From a bacterium (lineage in GTDB: Bacteria; UBA10199; 2-02-FULL-50-16; JAJFLM01), in NCBI GenBank assembly GCA_965216315.1, contig CBDCFN010000016.1, positions 2,240,001 to 2,304,000 of the forward strand: 64,000 nt of DNA. Direction: 5' to 3'. Positions 1 through 10,515 of this stretch are shown here, one piece after another. The position numbers and the translations under genes were made by a program. The first letter of the stretch is position 1, and every line of letters starts with the position of its first letter. Below the pieces are notes generated by a model. That model saw nothing but the letters and a program-made list of their open reading frames with translations, did no database searches and was not told where the DNA came from.

Positions 1-876
1 CCCAAAACGCCGGATCGCTTCTTGATAGGTCATACGCTCAAACGGTAACTTCAGTTCCAAACCCAGCGCCTCTTTCCAAAGCGAACCCACCAAGCCCTCA
101 ATAACATTAATCAGCGTGTCTTCCGTGACAAAACTCATCTCGATATCAATCTGGGTAAATTCCGGTTGACGATCGGCACGCAGGTCCTCATCCCGAAAAC
201 AACGCACAACCTGAAAATAACGATCAAAACCGGAAACCATTAATAGTTGTTTAAACAGCTGGGGAGACTGCGGCAGGGAATAAAACTGGCCGTGATAAAG
301 CCGTGACGGCACCAAATAGTCACGGGCACCTTCCGGTGTCGACCTCGTTAAAAAAGGGGTCTCAATTTCTAAAAATCCCGTCTCCGTCAGATATTTTCGT
401 GCGGCCTGCATCACATGATGCCGCATCATCAGATTGCGCTGCAGAATGGGACGGCGCAGATCCATATAACGATAGCGTAATCGTATATCTTCGCCGGCAT
501 CGGTATTGTCCTCAATGAGAAAAGGCGGGGTCTCCGAGCGATTAAAGACTTCAAAGGCTTCGACGGCCACTTCGATCGCGCCGGTCGCCAATTTGTCATT
601 CTGCATCCCCTCGGGCCGCCGTCGCACGCGACCTCGAATTCCCATCACGTATTCCGTCCTCAGGTGATGGGCCAGTTCATGCACCTTGGCATCATCTTCC
701 GGATTGAAGACAATCTGCGTCACACCCTCACGGTCACGCAGATCCACAAAGATCAAGCCGCCGTGATCGCGGCGCGTGCCCACCCAACCCATGAGTACCA
801 CTTCCTGATCTATGGAGTCGGCCGTTAGGTCCCCACAGGAGTGGGTCCGTTTATAGGTATGAAGAAATTCTGACAT
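1..876 (-). CDS. aspS: Aspartyl-tRNA synthetase, N-terminal part (runs off the window); probably non-discriminating type
   Basis: Manual translation from ATG 876: [17 protein letters not shown]...[18 protein letters not shown], later [12 protein letters not shown] and [29 protein letters not shown] is the His signature of the non-discriminating enzyme; gatCA is nearby. Confidence 0.96.
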   Translation of the reverse strand, partial: MSEFLHTYKRTHSCGDLTADSIDQEVVLMGWVGTRRDHGGLIFVDLRDREGVTQIVFNPEDDAKVHELAHHLRTEYVMGIRGRVRRRPEGMQNDKLATGAIEVAVEAFEVFNRSETPPFLIEDNTDAGEDIRLRYRYMDLRRPILQRNLMMRHHVMQAARKYLTETGFLEIETPFLTRSTPEGARDYLVPSRLYHGQFYSLPQSPQLFKQLLMVSGFDRYFQVVRCFRDEDLRADRQPEFTQIDIEMSFVTEDTLINVIEGLVGSLWKEALGLELKLPFERMTYQEAIRRFG

Positions 877-885
877 TCAGCCCGT

Positions 886-1770
886 TTATTTAATTATCTT
901 GAATTCGATGCGCCGGTTCTTGGCTCGACCTGCCTTGGTCTCGTTAGATTCTATCGGGTTGCTGTCCCCGTAGCCTTTGGCCACAACTCGGTGCACGCCT
1001 ACACCCTGCAAAATCAGGTATGCTTTGACAACATTTGCACGCGCAATGGTCAAGGCCTCATTGATGGCCGAATCTCCCGAATTGTCGGTATACGCGGATA
1101 CCTGAACTTTGGGGACCTCATTAGGCTTCTCTTTCATGATCGACGCGACGCGCTCGAGTACGCGGCGGTCTCCGTCCGAGAGGTTGGTCGACCAGGCATT
1201 AAAGAGAAAGGGCGGCGTCTTGATTTGACTCTTTTCGGCATCGACAGATACGTCGGCACGCATCGGAACCGACCGGCGTCGCGTCGAGACCCGGGTTCCA
1301 CCCAGCCACATCGGTTCATTGGCTCCAATCGCCAAATCCGACTCATGCGCTCCGCCGCTGCTCGCGGCCGGCGCTGAATAACTGGGTGGTGGCGGTGCCG
1401 CGGCGACAGAACCCGAATGACCTCTCATCCGTGCGTCGCGACGTGCGGCCGCACTGCCGGTTTCTAACTGCAGATCTGACTCGACACCCGTATTGGATGA
1501 CGAGGGTTCCGGTGGGGGAGGCGTATAATGAGGTTCCGGGCGCGGCGTCGGTGTGACCGCCGAGCCACCTTCTCCTCTCATCCGTCGGTTCCTGCGTTCC
1601 GCTTCCTCGGGACTCTCCATCGCACCTTGAACATCCGCTTCATGGGCACGCCGTAGCCGCTCCGCTTCCGGGGACCCTTCTTCGGCAATCCCCAACGGCT
1701 CTTGTGCCATCGTCATCGCCGGTATTAATAACAAACCTGTTGCCAACAGCAGGTACATTTTTATTTTCAT
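886..1770 (-). CDS. OmpA-family peptidoglycan-binding protein with Pro/Arg-rich repetitive N-terminus
   Basis: Signal peptide; C-terminal OmpA-like motifs YTDNSG...N..L..ARA..V..YL, KGYG...P, NRRIEF. Confidence 0.88.
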   Translation of the reverse strand: MKIKMYLLLATGLLLIPAMTMAQEPLGIAEEGSPEAERLRRAHEADVQGAMESPEEAERRNRRMRGEGGSAVTPTPRPEPHYTPPPPEPSSSNTGVESDLQLETGSAAARRDARMRGHSGSVAAAPPPPSYSAPAASSGGAHESDLAIGANEPMWLGGTRVSTRRRSVPMRADVSVDAEKSQIKTPPFLFNAWSTNLSDGDRRVLERVASIMKEKPNEVPKVQVSAYTDNSGDSAINEALTIARANVVKAYLILQGVGVHRVVAKGYGDSNPIESNETKAGRAKNRRIEFKIIK

Positions 1771-1797
1771 GGCTTCTTCCCCCTCGAAATCATTTCA

Positions 1798-3060
1798 TCA
1801 TGACGATTGAACCCGCATGAGCAACGATTCCGCATCATCTAATCCAAGTTCTTCTTGTTCGCTCGTGGTCATATTGCGAAGAATCAATTTCTTCGCCGCA
1901 ACCTCGTCCGAGCCAAGAATCACTGTAAAATCCGCACTAATTCGATTCGCGCGTTTCATCAGGGCCTTCAGCCCTTTGTCCTCATAATTCATCTCAACCC
2001 GAACCCCACCTTGGCGAAGCGATTGGGCGAGCGCTATTCCATGGGACATCGCGTCAGAACCGAATGCGGCTACAAAGACCAAGGGCCCTCGCGGCGGTCT
2101 GGCCTCGGCCCTCTCTTGCAACAATGATACCAAACGTTCGACCCCAATTGCAAAACCCACGCCCGGTAAATGAGGCCCCCCCATCAAGCGCAGCAAGCCA
2201 TCATAGCGTCCTCCTCCAGCCACTGAATTTTGGGCCCCCAGCTGCTGGGAGGTGAATTCAAAGGCCGTCCGCTGATAATAATCGAGTCCGCGCACGATAT
2301 TCGGATTGATCGCATAGGAAGAGCCGAGGCGCCCGATGCCTTGCAGGACCCCATCAAAATGCTCCTCACAGTCATCACAGAGGTGCTCTTGAATGCTTGG
2401 GGCCTCCGCCGCAATCGCACGGCACCCCTCCTGCTTGCAATCAAGGACCCGCATCGGGTTCTTCACAATACGCCGCAGGCAGTCATCACAGAGCCGGTCG
2501 TGGCGCTCGTCTAAATAGCTCACCAGGGCGGCCACAAAATCGGGACGACAGACGGTACATCCCAAGGAATTAATTTCCAATTCGAGATCATCAACACCCA
2601 ACAGGCGAAAATACTGATCGGCCAAGTGAATGAGTTCCGCATCAACCATCGGGTGAGAGGACCCAATCACCTCCGCGCCGATTTGGTGAAACTGGCGCAG
2701 GCGGCCTTTTTGCGGCCGTTCGTAGCGGTACATCGGCCCTAAATAATACAGGCGCGCCAAGGGCTCCGTCTGATCATAATGGCTTTGAATGTAGGCGCGA
2801 ATCACTGAAGCCGTCCCCTCAGGACGCAGGCAAATCTTTTTTCCCTGCCGGTCCTCAAAGCTGTACATTTCCTTTTCAATAATAGCCGTCGTCTCGCCTA
2901 ATGTCCGTGTAAACAGCTCCAGGGCCTCAACCACCGGGGTACGGATCTGCCGATAATTGTAGAGGGAAAATAAGCGATGCGCCTCGGCCTCGGCCTGCTG
3001 CCACAGCGTGACCTCTTCAGGCAATACATCGGCCATTCCTCGGATGGATTGGATGGGCAT
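1798..3060 (-). CDS. hisS: Histidyl-tRNA synthetase
   Basis: LRPEGTA, RYERPQKGR.RQFHQ, RGLDYY, GGGRYDGL, GFAIGVER motifs. Confidence 0.98.
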   Translation of the reverse strand: MPIQSIRGMADVLPEEVTLWQQAEAEAHRLFSLYNYRQIRTPVVEALELFTRTLGETTAIIEKEMYSFEDRQGKKICLRPEGTASVIRAYIQSHYDQTEPLARLYYLGPMYRYERPQKGRLRQFHQIGAEVIGSSHPMVDAELIHLADQYFRLLGVDDLELEINSLGCTVCRPDFVAALVSYLDERHDRLCDDCLRRIVKNPMRVLDCKQEGCRAIAAEAPSIQEHLCDDCEEHFDGVLQGIGRLGSSYAINPNIVRGLDYYQRTAFEFTSQQLGAQNSVAGGGRYDGLLRLMGGPHLPGVGFAIGVERLVSLLQERAEARPPRGPLVFVAAFGSDAMSHGIALAQSLRQGGVRVEMNYEDKGLKALMKRANRISADFTVILGSDEVAAKKLILRNMTTSEQEELGLDDAESLLMRVQSS

Positions 3061-3152
3061 AGCGCTTCAATTTACAGAATAATTCAGTTTTATTCAATGA
3101 ATTTAAACGTTTACGCGCTCAGTGCTTCATGCTACCGTCCTCAGACGCCTCT

Positions 3153-4217
3153 ATGAAATTCCTCGTCCTAACCTTATTATTTGTAACCAGCCTGACCACG
3201 AGTGGCTGCTTCAATCCCTTCGAATGCCCTTTGGCCCTCCTCGCCCTCTGTGGGGGGGCCGATCCGGCTGAAACCCGGAGTGTCGATGAATTCTATCCCC
3301 TGGCGCTTGGGGGCGTGGCCCCTGACTGGGATATCGTCAGTGTTGAGGAGGACCTGGAATACGAGCAATTACGCTTTACGACCGCAAACCCTAGCCTGCT
3401 GGACCTTGAAATTCCCGCCGGCGAAACGTCATACGAATCCGCCGGCGCCGCTCAGCTCATTCCCATCGACGTCGGCATCACGACAAATACCATCGAAACG
3501 ATTAGTAACGGTGAAAGCGATGTCGTTTTGACCTATGAAACGATTACTCCGCCGCAAAAGCTCATCCAGATTCTCATTGCGGAATCCCAGGGGCCCATGG
3601 CCCGTGAGGCGAAACTTGATGACGCGGGTCAGGTCAAACGTGGGAGCATCAGCCCAACCGGAGAAGCCCTCGCGCACGTGATCCGCAACCGGGTCGAACT
3701 CATCCGCGAGACCGAAACACCCGGCCTGTTTGCCGCCGACGATTTTGATTTTTATGCCGACCCACCGACTTCTGAATACGATGCGGTAATCGAAGCCCAT
3801 TTAGGCGGAATCTATCAATTCTCACCCGTCGATCCAAGTGACATCAATCATGATATCTACCTCAATGCGGATGAGCGCGCTAACCTGGATGAATCGTTGC
3901 TGCAGCGGGCCTATGACCAGGCCGTTGTCAGTGCGGCTTTTGTCTTCAGCGGAACCCTCACGGATTCCACGCGCGACGCTTTCGGTTTTTATTCCCCGAC
4001 GGACGAAGAATATGATGTCTTAGAGGCCGCTTTACTGTCTAAAACGCGGGACCTCCCTGAAAATATCGGCACCGGCGATGACCAATTTCCGGCCTTTGCC
4101 CCGATTCAGATCTTAATTCTGTCAAATATCGTCACGCGCACGGAGGAGAGTACCGTTCCGGCCTTTGTCTTTGTGAGAACGCGCACGGCAGAGGAACCGG
4201 CGGTTATCGCCAATTGA
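3153..4217 (+). CDS. Hypothetical acidic exported protein, probable lipoprotein
   Basis: Long ORF; second ATG (3153) gives MKFLVLTLLF...TSGC signal/lipobox. Confidence 0.65.
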   Translation: MKFLVLTLLFVTSLTTSGCFNPFECPLALLALCGGADPAETRSVDEFYPLALGGVAPDWDIVSVEEDLEYEQLRFTTANPSLLDLEIPAGETSYESAGAAQLIPIDVGITTNTIETISNGESDVVLTYETITPPQKLIQILIAESQGPMAREAKLDDAGQVKRGSISPTGEALAHVIRNRVELIRETETPGLFAADDFDFYADPPTSEYDAVIEAHLGGIYQFSPVDPSDINHDIYLNADERANLDESLLQRAYDQAVVSAAFVFSGTLTDSTRDAFGFYSPTDEEYDVLEAALLSKTRDLPENIGTGDDQFPAFAPIQILILSNIVTRTEESTVPAFVFVRTRTAEEPAVIAN

Positions 4218-4279
4218 TTATGCTGATAAACCCACTAAAATCATTTGCGATTCTTCGTCTCGAGGACTATGTTCATCCT

Positions 4280-5008
4280 ATGAAGGCTTTCCTCCTCGCA
4301 GCGGTGGGGGCCATCATATTGGTGTTGGCTCCCGCTGAGACGGTCCAAGCTGAATTCTCTGATTCAGTGCTCGGCTCCGTTCGCAATATTCAAGAAAAGA
4401 TACTCCTCCGCGTTCAACGCAATATCACTGGAGCGGATGCTTCTACCATGTGGTCGCTATTTGATCAGGATGTCTTGCGTTCACTCAATGGTGGCGTGAT
4501 TCCCCTATCTACGGAAGCACTCAACCGCAAATATGGGTGGACCGACATTCGCATCCCCCTGACTTATACCGAAAAAAAAGGTGAGATAAAAACAGGCGCC
4601 ATCCGCATTCGTTTCTATCCACTTCCAAGCAGGGCAGCCGGCAGAAGCGACTGGCTTGCAGTTTACTATCACGGCTTTGGTGCAGTCCCTTCCGCCACAT
4701 TTCATATCTTCCGCTACAAAAATAACCGTTATATCCGCGCCGCGGCGATGGAAGAATCCGACTTCCTTCACAAAAATGACAACCTGCAGTGGAATGGAAT
4801 CCAAGTTCAAAAAGAACTCCAGCCTGGTCATTTTTCAACCTATTTTACGCCGGCGACAAGCAGCAAGAGCCGCAACCGCGTCCAGGCCCATTGGCATTGG
4901 AATGGTAAAAAGCTAAAGGTTTTACGCTGGTATCCTGAAGTTGATTTCAGAAAGACGAAAGACGGAACGTATGTCTCAGGGCGCGGCGCACCCGTTTCAC
5001 CGGATTAG
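4280..5008 (+). CDS. Hypothetical secreted protein
   Basis: ORF with Sec signal peptide MKAFLLAAVGAIILVLAPA...VQA from ATG 4280. Confidence 0.65.
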   Translation: MKAFLLAAVGAIILVLAPAETVQAEFSDSVLGSVRNIQEKILLRVQRNITGADASTMWSLFDQDVLRSLNGGVIPLSTEALNRKYGWTDIRIPLTYTEKKGEIKTGAIRIRFYPLPSRAAGRSDWLAVYYHGFGAVPSATFHIFRYKNNRYIRAAAMEESDFLHKNDNLQWNGIQVQKELQPGHFSTYFTPATSSKSRNRVQAHWHWNGKKLKVLRWYPEVDFRKTKDGTYVSGRGAPVSPD

Positions 5009-6297
5009 CCCTTCTTCTTCTTTTTGCCCTTAAACTGTTTCTCCAACTCCTCCGCCGTTACCATGACCGTCTCATCTAAATTGACGGCGGGAGTTGATTT
5101 TGAAGATATGGTTTTCTGCGTCTTATCGAGGTCGATGCCTTCTTTTTTGGCTTGAGGAGACGGGCTTGGTTTTTCTTCCGGTGGTGGCAAATCATCGACA
5201 CGAACCATCGTTGTTTTCTCAAGATCTTCGTCGCTGATCTTATCATGGAGCCCCTTTGCGGCCGGCGGAGTTTCGGGCGTCGGCAGTTCATCCAAACGTA
5301 CCATCGTCGTCTTTTCAAGATCTTCATCGCTGATCTTGTCATGAAGTCCCTTTGCGGCCGGCGGAGCTTCAGGCGTCACCGGCACATTAGGAAGACCAGC
5401 TTCATCCCGTAACGCACTCAACTCTTCCAAATATTCTTCATCATCAACAAATTCGTTATAAGCCCGTTGGTACAGCTTGGCCGCTCTTTGCGCGTCACCC
5501 GCCTTTACATAAGTCTCATACAGATCTCGAATGATACGCCTTACTTTTTCTCGTTGCTCGAGCTTGAGATAAACATCAATGGCCAATTCCTTAATTCCAG
5601 GAACCGCTTTCATTTCCGAACTCAACGACTCCAAGCGCTCCTGCGCCTTATCGACACTGTCTTTTTCCATATAGAGTCGACAAAGCGCATTGATGAGGCT
5701 CTCATCCGTCGCCTTGTGATAAAAAATCCGTTCATAAACCTCGATGAGAGCGTCCCTATCATTGCGCGCTTTCAAATCTTCAGCGGCTCTCTCATATTCA
5801 CGCAATGAGTCATCCGTGCTGCCCTCTTTTTGATAAATCTCCGCCAGACGAATGCGGCTTGTAATGGCCGATGGATCGGTCTCAACTATTTTTCGGCGAA
5901 CTTCGAGGAGTTCTTTGGAATGACCTGACTGCTCGTAATGATCCGCCACGATAAAATATTGGCTGATAGCATCTTTTTGGAGTCCGACTTCCCTATAAAG
6001 ATCACCCAATTTCTCATTAAGCGTCACCATCGTCGGGTTAAGCTTGAGCATCATTTTAAACAACGCAATCGCTTTGAGGTGGAACCGGTCTTGAACATAA
6101 CGCTGCGCCACTTCGTTATACGTCTCCAAGGCCTTCGCAATCTCTTTACGCTTCACAAAGAGATCTCCCAACTTCACCTTCAAACGCATGTCGTCTGGAT
6201 TCGCCGCAATGACTTTTTGATAAGCCTTGAGAGCCTTATCATACTTGCCATCGGCGACATATTTGTCGGCGGTTTCTATGGCTTTTTCTTTTTTCAT
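5005..6297 (-). CDS. TPR-repeat protein with repetitive disordered C-terminal tail
   Basis: Helical TPR-like repeats (KA...Y.K....NP.D, LGDL); overlaps the aroQ stop codon. Confidence 0.85.
   Translation of the reverse strand: MKKEKAIETADKYVADGKYDKALKAYQKVIAANPDDMRLKVKLGDLFVKRKEIAKALETYNEVAQRYVQDRFHLKAIALFKMMLKLNPTMVTLNEKLGDLYREVGLQKDAISQYFIVADHYEQSGHSKELLEVRRKIVETDPSAITSRIRLAEIYQKEGSTDDSLREYERAAEDLKARNDRDALIEVYERIFYHKATDESLINALCRLYMEKDSVDKAQERLESLSSEMKAVPGIKELAIDVYLKLEQREKVRRIIRDLYETYVKAGDAQRAAKLYQRAYNEFVDDEEYLEELSALRDEAGLPNVPVTPEAPPAAKGLHDKISDEDLEKTTMVRLDELPTPETPPAAKGLHDKISDEDLEKTTMVRVDDLPPPEEKPSPSPQAKKEGIDLDKTQKTISSKSTPAVNLDETVMVTAEELEKQFKGKKKKKG
5180..5372 (-). repeat. In-frame 96-nt (32-aa) tandem duplication in the TPR gene
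   Basis: PE.PPAAKGLHDKISDEDLEKTTMVR occurs twice; boundaries approximate. Confidence 0.9.
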
Positions 6298-6731
6298 TTC
6301 GTTCCGAGCAGACCAATCGCGGCTTGCAAGCCCAATATATAACTTTGTATGCCAAATCCGGTAATAACACCCGCTGTAACTGGAGCCGTATAACTCGTCT
6401 GACGGAATGATTCCCTCGCATGGATATTGCTTATATGCACTTCCACCGCGGGAACAGATACGGATGCCAAAGCATCACGTATCGCGACACTCGTGTGGGT
6501 AAACGCAGCCGGATTGATCACGAGAGCATCACAATCCTGTTCTGCTTGTTGAATACGCGTGACAATCTCACCCTCATGATTTGACTGATAGAACTGCAGG
6601 TCAACACCCCTATCATGAGCCACCTCGTTCATGAGTTTCTCTATATCTTCAAGCGAGATATTCCCGTAAACTTCGGGCTCACGCTTGCCAAGCATATTTA
6701 AGTTAGGGCCATTAATTACAAGAATCTTCAT
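6294..6731 (-). CDS. aroQ: Type II 3-dehydroquinate dehydratase
   Basis: NGPNLNMLGKREPEVYG, QSNHEG, INPAAFTHTS, EVHISN..RE.FR. Confidence 0.98.
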   Translation of the reverse strand: MKILVINGPNLNMLGKREPEVYGNISLEDIEKLMNEVAHDRGVDLQFYQSNHEGEIVTRIQQAEQDCDALVINPAAFTHTSVAIRDALASVSVPAVEVHISNIHARESFRQTSYTAPVTAGVITGFGIQSYILGLQAAIGLLGTK

Positions 6732-7255
6732 ACGACTGTCTTTTCCTCACCGGTTATCATCTCTTCTAGTTCTTGAATGCGCATTCTCAATTCACGATCC
6801 TTAGGATCTTGCACCGAAAGTTCCTGGAGAATGCGAATGGCTTCTTGGTATTCCCCTTGACCCACCAATATCTCTGCCATTGTCGGCGTGTGCCACATGT
6901 CTTTGCCCTGTACCGACTTTTTTTGCTTTAGTGCCTCCTGCCGCAATTTGGGGGCATATTTTAAAGCTTCCGGGTGACCTGGCATACGAGCGAGAACTTG
7001 CGCGGCCACTCTCTCCGCTTCGGTTTTCCGGTTCAACGCCCAGTATACCGAGGCCTGGATTAAACGTCCACTGATGGAGTCATGGTTGTGCTCCAGCCCA
7101 ATTTTACAGAGTTCTAAGGCCTCATCCAACAAACCCTGATCACGCAAAATTTCGGCCATCGGCACAAATACGATCGAGGCCCGATTACGACTCCACGTCT
7201 CAAAATACTTAAGAAATTGGGTGTGTTCGCGTAAAGGAGCGGGAACTTCGTTCAT
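6728..7255 (-). CDS. TPR-like hypothetical protein
   Basis: Between aroB and aroQ; TPTMAEIL..QG.Y.EA helical repeat. Confidence 0.75.
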   Translation of the reverse strand: MNEVPAPLREHTQFLKYFETWSRNRASIVFVPMAEILRDQGLLDEALELCKIGLEHNHDSISGRLIQASVYWALNRKTEAERVAAQVLARMPGHPEALKYAPKLRQEALKQKKSVQGKDMWHTPTMAEILVGQGEYQEAIRILQELSVQDPKDRELRMRIQELEEMITGEEKTVV

Positions 7256-7268
7256 GGGGAAGGTCTTC

Positions 7269-8423
7269 CTATGCCTTTAATAAGGCGGCTATTTCTTTGG
7301 GATCAACGGACTTCACCTTAACTCTCCCAATCTTTTCAACAAATACATATTGAAGTTCATCGCCACGCATTTTTTTGTCGCGCTTGAGACTCTGTTCCCA
7401 TTCTTTTTTGGAAAACTTGGGAAGTTTAATGGGGAGTCCATAGGCGGCGATGAGATCCGCAACTTCATGAGCAACTTCACTCGAACAGTATTTAAAGTGC
7501 TCGGATATCCGTGCCGCCTGTATCATTCCAATCGATACAGCCTCGCCATGCCCAAACTTGCGGTATTCAGTCAAACGCTCCACGGCATGACCGACGGTAT
7601 GACCAAAGTTAAGCGTCATCCGCTCACCAATCGTTTCCTTTTCATCGCGACTGACAATATCGGCTTTGATTTGACAACAAGTCTGAACAATCTTCTCTAA
7701 ATGCAACGTGTCCCGCTGCAAAATGGCAATACGATTGCTTTGCAAAAATTTAAAAAACTCCGCGTCGTAGATAATGGCATATTTAATCACTTCGGCCAGC
7801 CCACACAAAAATTCCCGGTCCGGGAGCGTCTCAAGGTAACCGACATCAATGTGAACATGGTTGGGCTGATAAAAGGCCCCGATGAGATTTTTACCTTCCT
7901 TGTGATCGACACCGACCTTGCCACCGACACTGGAATCCACCTGCGAGACGAGCGTGGTCGGTACCTGTACATAGCGTATCCCCCGCATGAAAGTCGCTGC
8001 GACAAAACCGCCGATATCCCCAAGCACGCCCCCTCCGACCAGGACCAGCACGCTGTGCCGATCCGCACCTTGATCAAGCAGCCAGTCATAACAAAGCTGG
8101 ACCGTTTCTAGATTCTTATTCCGTTCCCCGTCGGGAAGGATCAGATAGGGCGCCTTCATACCGCGTGCCCGGAGGCTACGCTTGAGATCGGGAACGAGCT
8201 GCGGACCGACAACAGAATTCGTCAGGATCAGGGCGCGCCCATCGGTACAAATAGTCTCTAACAGATCGCAGAGTGGCCCATTGTCATGACTCGAAATATC
8301 GATGCGATAACTATGCTGTTTCAGCTCAACCGTCAGTCCGGAAGGAGCCGCATTGGAGGATCGCTTGGACGACTTGCTCGGGGCTTTTTTCTGAGGTATC
8401 GATGACATAGTCTGCCTTGTCAT
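7269..8423 (-). CDS. aroB: 3-dehydroquinate synthase (start uncertain, overlaps aroK end)
   Basis: DGE..K, GGGVLGD..GF.AATFMRG, PTTL.SQVDSSVGGK, LNFGHT.GHA.E, HGEAV. Confidence 0.97.
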   Translation of the reverse strand: MTRQTMSSIPQKKAPSKSSKRSSNAAPSGLTVELKQHSYRIDISSHDNGPLCDLLETICTDGRALILTNSVVGPQLVPDLKRSLRARGMKAPYLILPDGERNKNLETVQLCYDWLLDQGADRHSVLVLVGGGVLGDIGGFVAATFMRGIRYVQVPTTLVSQVDSSVGGKVGVDHKEGKNLIGAFYQPNHVHIDVGYLETLPDREFLCGLAEVIKYAIIYDAEFFKFLQSNRIAILQRDTLHLEKIVQTCCQIKADIVSRDEKETIGERMTLNFGHTVGHAVERLTEYRKFGHGEAVSIGMIQAARISEHFKYCSSEVAHEVADLIAAYGLPIKLPKFSKKEWEQSLKRDKKMRGDELQYVFVEKIGRVKVKSVDPKEIAALLKA

Positions 8424-8856
8424 AGGACGCTTGGCGCTCCTGGATCAACCGAAGAATTTCCTGCATCGGGTCCGAACCCTCTAAAAGCGGCCTTTCGGCA
8501 GGATTCTGCCCCTCTGCTACCCGCTGGTAGATGGACTCGGGTGTCGCCGTCAAGGCCACTAACAGCCCCGCCGCCTGCATGAGCTGAAAATTACCCTCAT
8601 CCAGAATAGCGCCCCCTCCGGTCGCCACCACGACGGGACTCTGGGCACAGACCTCTTGGAGAACCGCTTTTTCCAGGGCCCTGAAGGCCGCCTCTCCATC
8701 CTGGGCGAATATTTCGGGGATGGTCCGCCCCGCACGCGCCTCGACGAGATGATCGGTATCCAGAAAGGGCCAGCCGAGCTCCTCGGCGAGGAGCAGGCCG
8801 ACGGTGGATTTGCCGGTGCCCATGAAGCCGGTCAGGATGATTCTATCTTGATTCAA
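8326..8856 (-). CDS. aroK: Shikimate kinase
   Basis: GFMGTGKSTVG P-loop, GE..FR..E, ATGGG, RPLL. Confidence 0.97.
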   Translation of the reverse strand: MNQDRIILTGFMGTGKSTVGLLLAEELGWPFLDTDHLVEARAGRTIPEIFAQDGEAAFRALEKAVLQEVCAQSPVVVATGGGAILDEGNFQLMQAAGLLVALTATPESIYQRVAEGQNPAERPLLEGSDPMQEILRLIQERQASYDKADYVIDTSEKSPEQVVQAILQCGSFRTDG

Positions 8857-10019
8857 TACCTTTTAACCTGTTCCAAATAGCCTTGATAATTCCGCTGCAC
8901 TTCCTCCAACGAATCACCCCCGAATTTTTCGAGAAAAGCATCCGCAATCTCAATCGCGACGATATTTTCCGCAATCAAGGCCGCCGCCGGGACAACGCAA
9001 ATATCGGAACGCTCAATGCTCGCCTCAAAGGCCTCTTTGGTCTGGACATTCACGGAACGCAACGGATTGTACAGGGTCGCGATCGGTTTGAGGGATCCAC
9101 GCACGACCACAGGGGCACCGTTGCTCATCCCGCCGGTGATCCCCCCGGCGCGATTGGTTTCGTGATAAAATCCGCGCCCCTGGTCATAAAAAATTTCATC
9201 GTGCACTTCCGAGCCGGGACGATCCGCCACCTCTTTGCCAATCCCAATCTCAACCCCCTTGATCGCCTGGATGCTCATGACGGCCGCCGCGAGGCGCGCG
9301 TCAAGTTTGCGGTCCCATTGTACATGACTCCCGAGCCCGATCGGTAGACCCGTACATACGACTTCAAAGAGCCCCCCGAGGCTATCGCCTTGCTTACGTG
9401 CCGCATCGATATTTTGCTTCCATTGCGCCTCGGCCTTGGCATCGAAGGTGCGACACTCGGACCCTTCCAAGCGCTTTGCGAGCTCTTCATAAGGCGGACA
9501 CTCCTCACTCACCGCCACGCCGCCGATTTTGGTCACATAGCTATAAAAACGTACCCCCACCGATTCGAGCAGCTGCCGTATCATCGCCCCCGCCGCAACC
9601 CGCATCGTCGTTTCACGGGCACTCGCCCGCTCCAACACGTTGCGGAGATCTTGATGCGCATACTTGATCCCACCCGCCAAGTCAGCGTGACCGGGACGTG
9701 GTCCGTAGACGGCCTTCGCATCACTCTGCTGGGCGGCATCGATCGACATGATCGTCTCCCAATTCTTCCAATCTTTGTTGGGAATCTGCAGACAGACCGG
9801 AGACCCTAAGGTCTTACCAAAACGAATCCCGGCGCTCACCTGGACGACATCCTTTTCGATCTTCATGCGGCCGCCGCGCCCATAACCCCCTTGGCGCCCT
9901 CGTAAGTGCTCATTGATCACATCAAGATCGATCGGCACTCCGGAAGGCATCCCCTCGACGATGACGCTGATAATAGGACCGTGTGACTCTCCAGCGGTTA
10001 AATAGCGAATACGTGACAT
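8853..10019 (-). CDS. aroC: Chorismate synthase
   Basis: TAGESHG, RPGHADL, ERASARET, TNRAGG..GGMSNG, ERSD. Confidence 0.98.
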   Translation of the reverse strand: MSRIRYLTAGESHGPIISVIVEGMPSGVPIDLDVINEHLRGRQGGYGRGGRMKIEKDVVQVSAGIRFGKTLGSPVCLQIPNKDWKNWETIMSIDAAQQSDAKAVYGPRPGHADLAGGIKYAHQDLRNVLERASARETTMRVAAGAMIRQLLESVGVRFYSYVTKIGGVAVSEECPPYEELAKRLEGSECRTFDAKAEAQWKQNIDAARKQGDSLGGLFEVVCTGLPIGLGSHVQWDRKLDARLAAAVMSIQAIKGVEIGIGKEVADRPGSEVHDEIFYDQGRGFYHETNRAGGITGGMSNGAPVVVRGSLKPIATLYNPLRSVNVQTKEAFEASIERSDICVVPAAALIAENIVAIEIADAFLEKFGGDSLEEVQRNYQGYLEQVKRY

Positions 10020-10091
10020 AGTGATACCTACTTAAAAGGCCGTTTAGAACTTTTGCAATGGGATTTTGAGGTCCGAGGTCCGACGGCTGGT

Positions 10092-10301
10092 TTAGTCTTC
10101 TGGAAAGACCTTCTCTTTTTCAGAGAGTTTAAAGCCCAAGGCGAGGATAATCTTGCGTTTGGTGTCCATCCGGCAGTCTTTTCCCTTTTCAACCCGGTCA
10201 ATTGTCAATGCGGAGATGCCGGCTTTGCGTGCTAACTCGGCCTTACTCATCAACTGCGACTCACGGAGATCGCGTACTGCGTTTTGTTTCGTCCCTGCCA
10301 T
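10092..10301 (-). CDS. Small XRE-family HTH protein of the type usually found next to type IV pilus genes
   Basis: LMSKAELARKAGISALTIDRVEKG..CRMDTKRKIILALG. Confidence 0.85.
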   Translation of the reverse strand: MAGTKQNAVRDLRESQLMSKAELARKAGISALTIDRVEKGKDCRMDTKRKIILALGFKLSEKEKVFPED

Positions 10302-10515
10302 GATGAACCTTTATAAATAATATCCACTCACCTTTATATAAGCAACTGATGAAGGTTACACAAACTTATAAACAAAGTCAATTTATACTATTTTATTGTA
10401 TTAATTAGTTATAATTAATACTAATTGATATATCACAATGGGGACTTTTTTGTGACGCAATGAGTCACAAATTGGGTTAAAAAAGGGCCCGAATTGCCTG
10501 GAAATTAAGCAGAAT

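Noticed and set aside
10449..10471. CRP site
   Set aside because: TGTGA-TCACA spacing is 9 bp, not the canonical 6.
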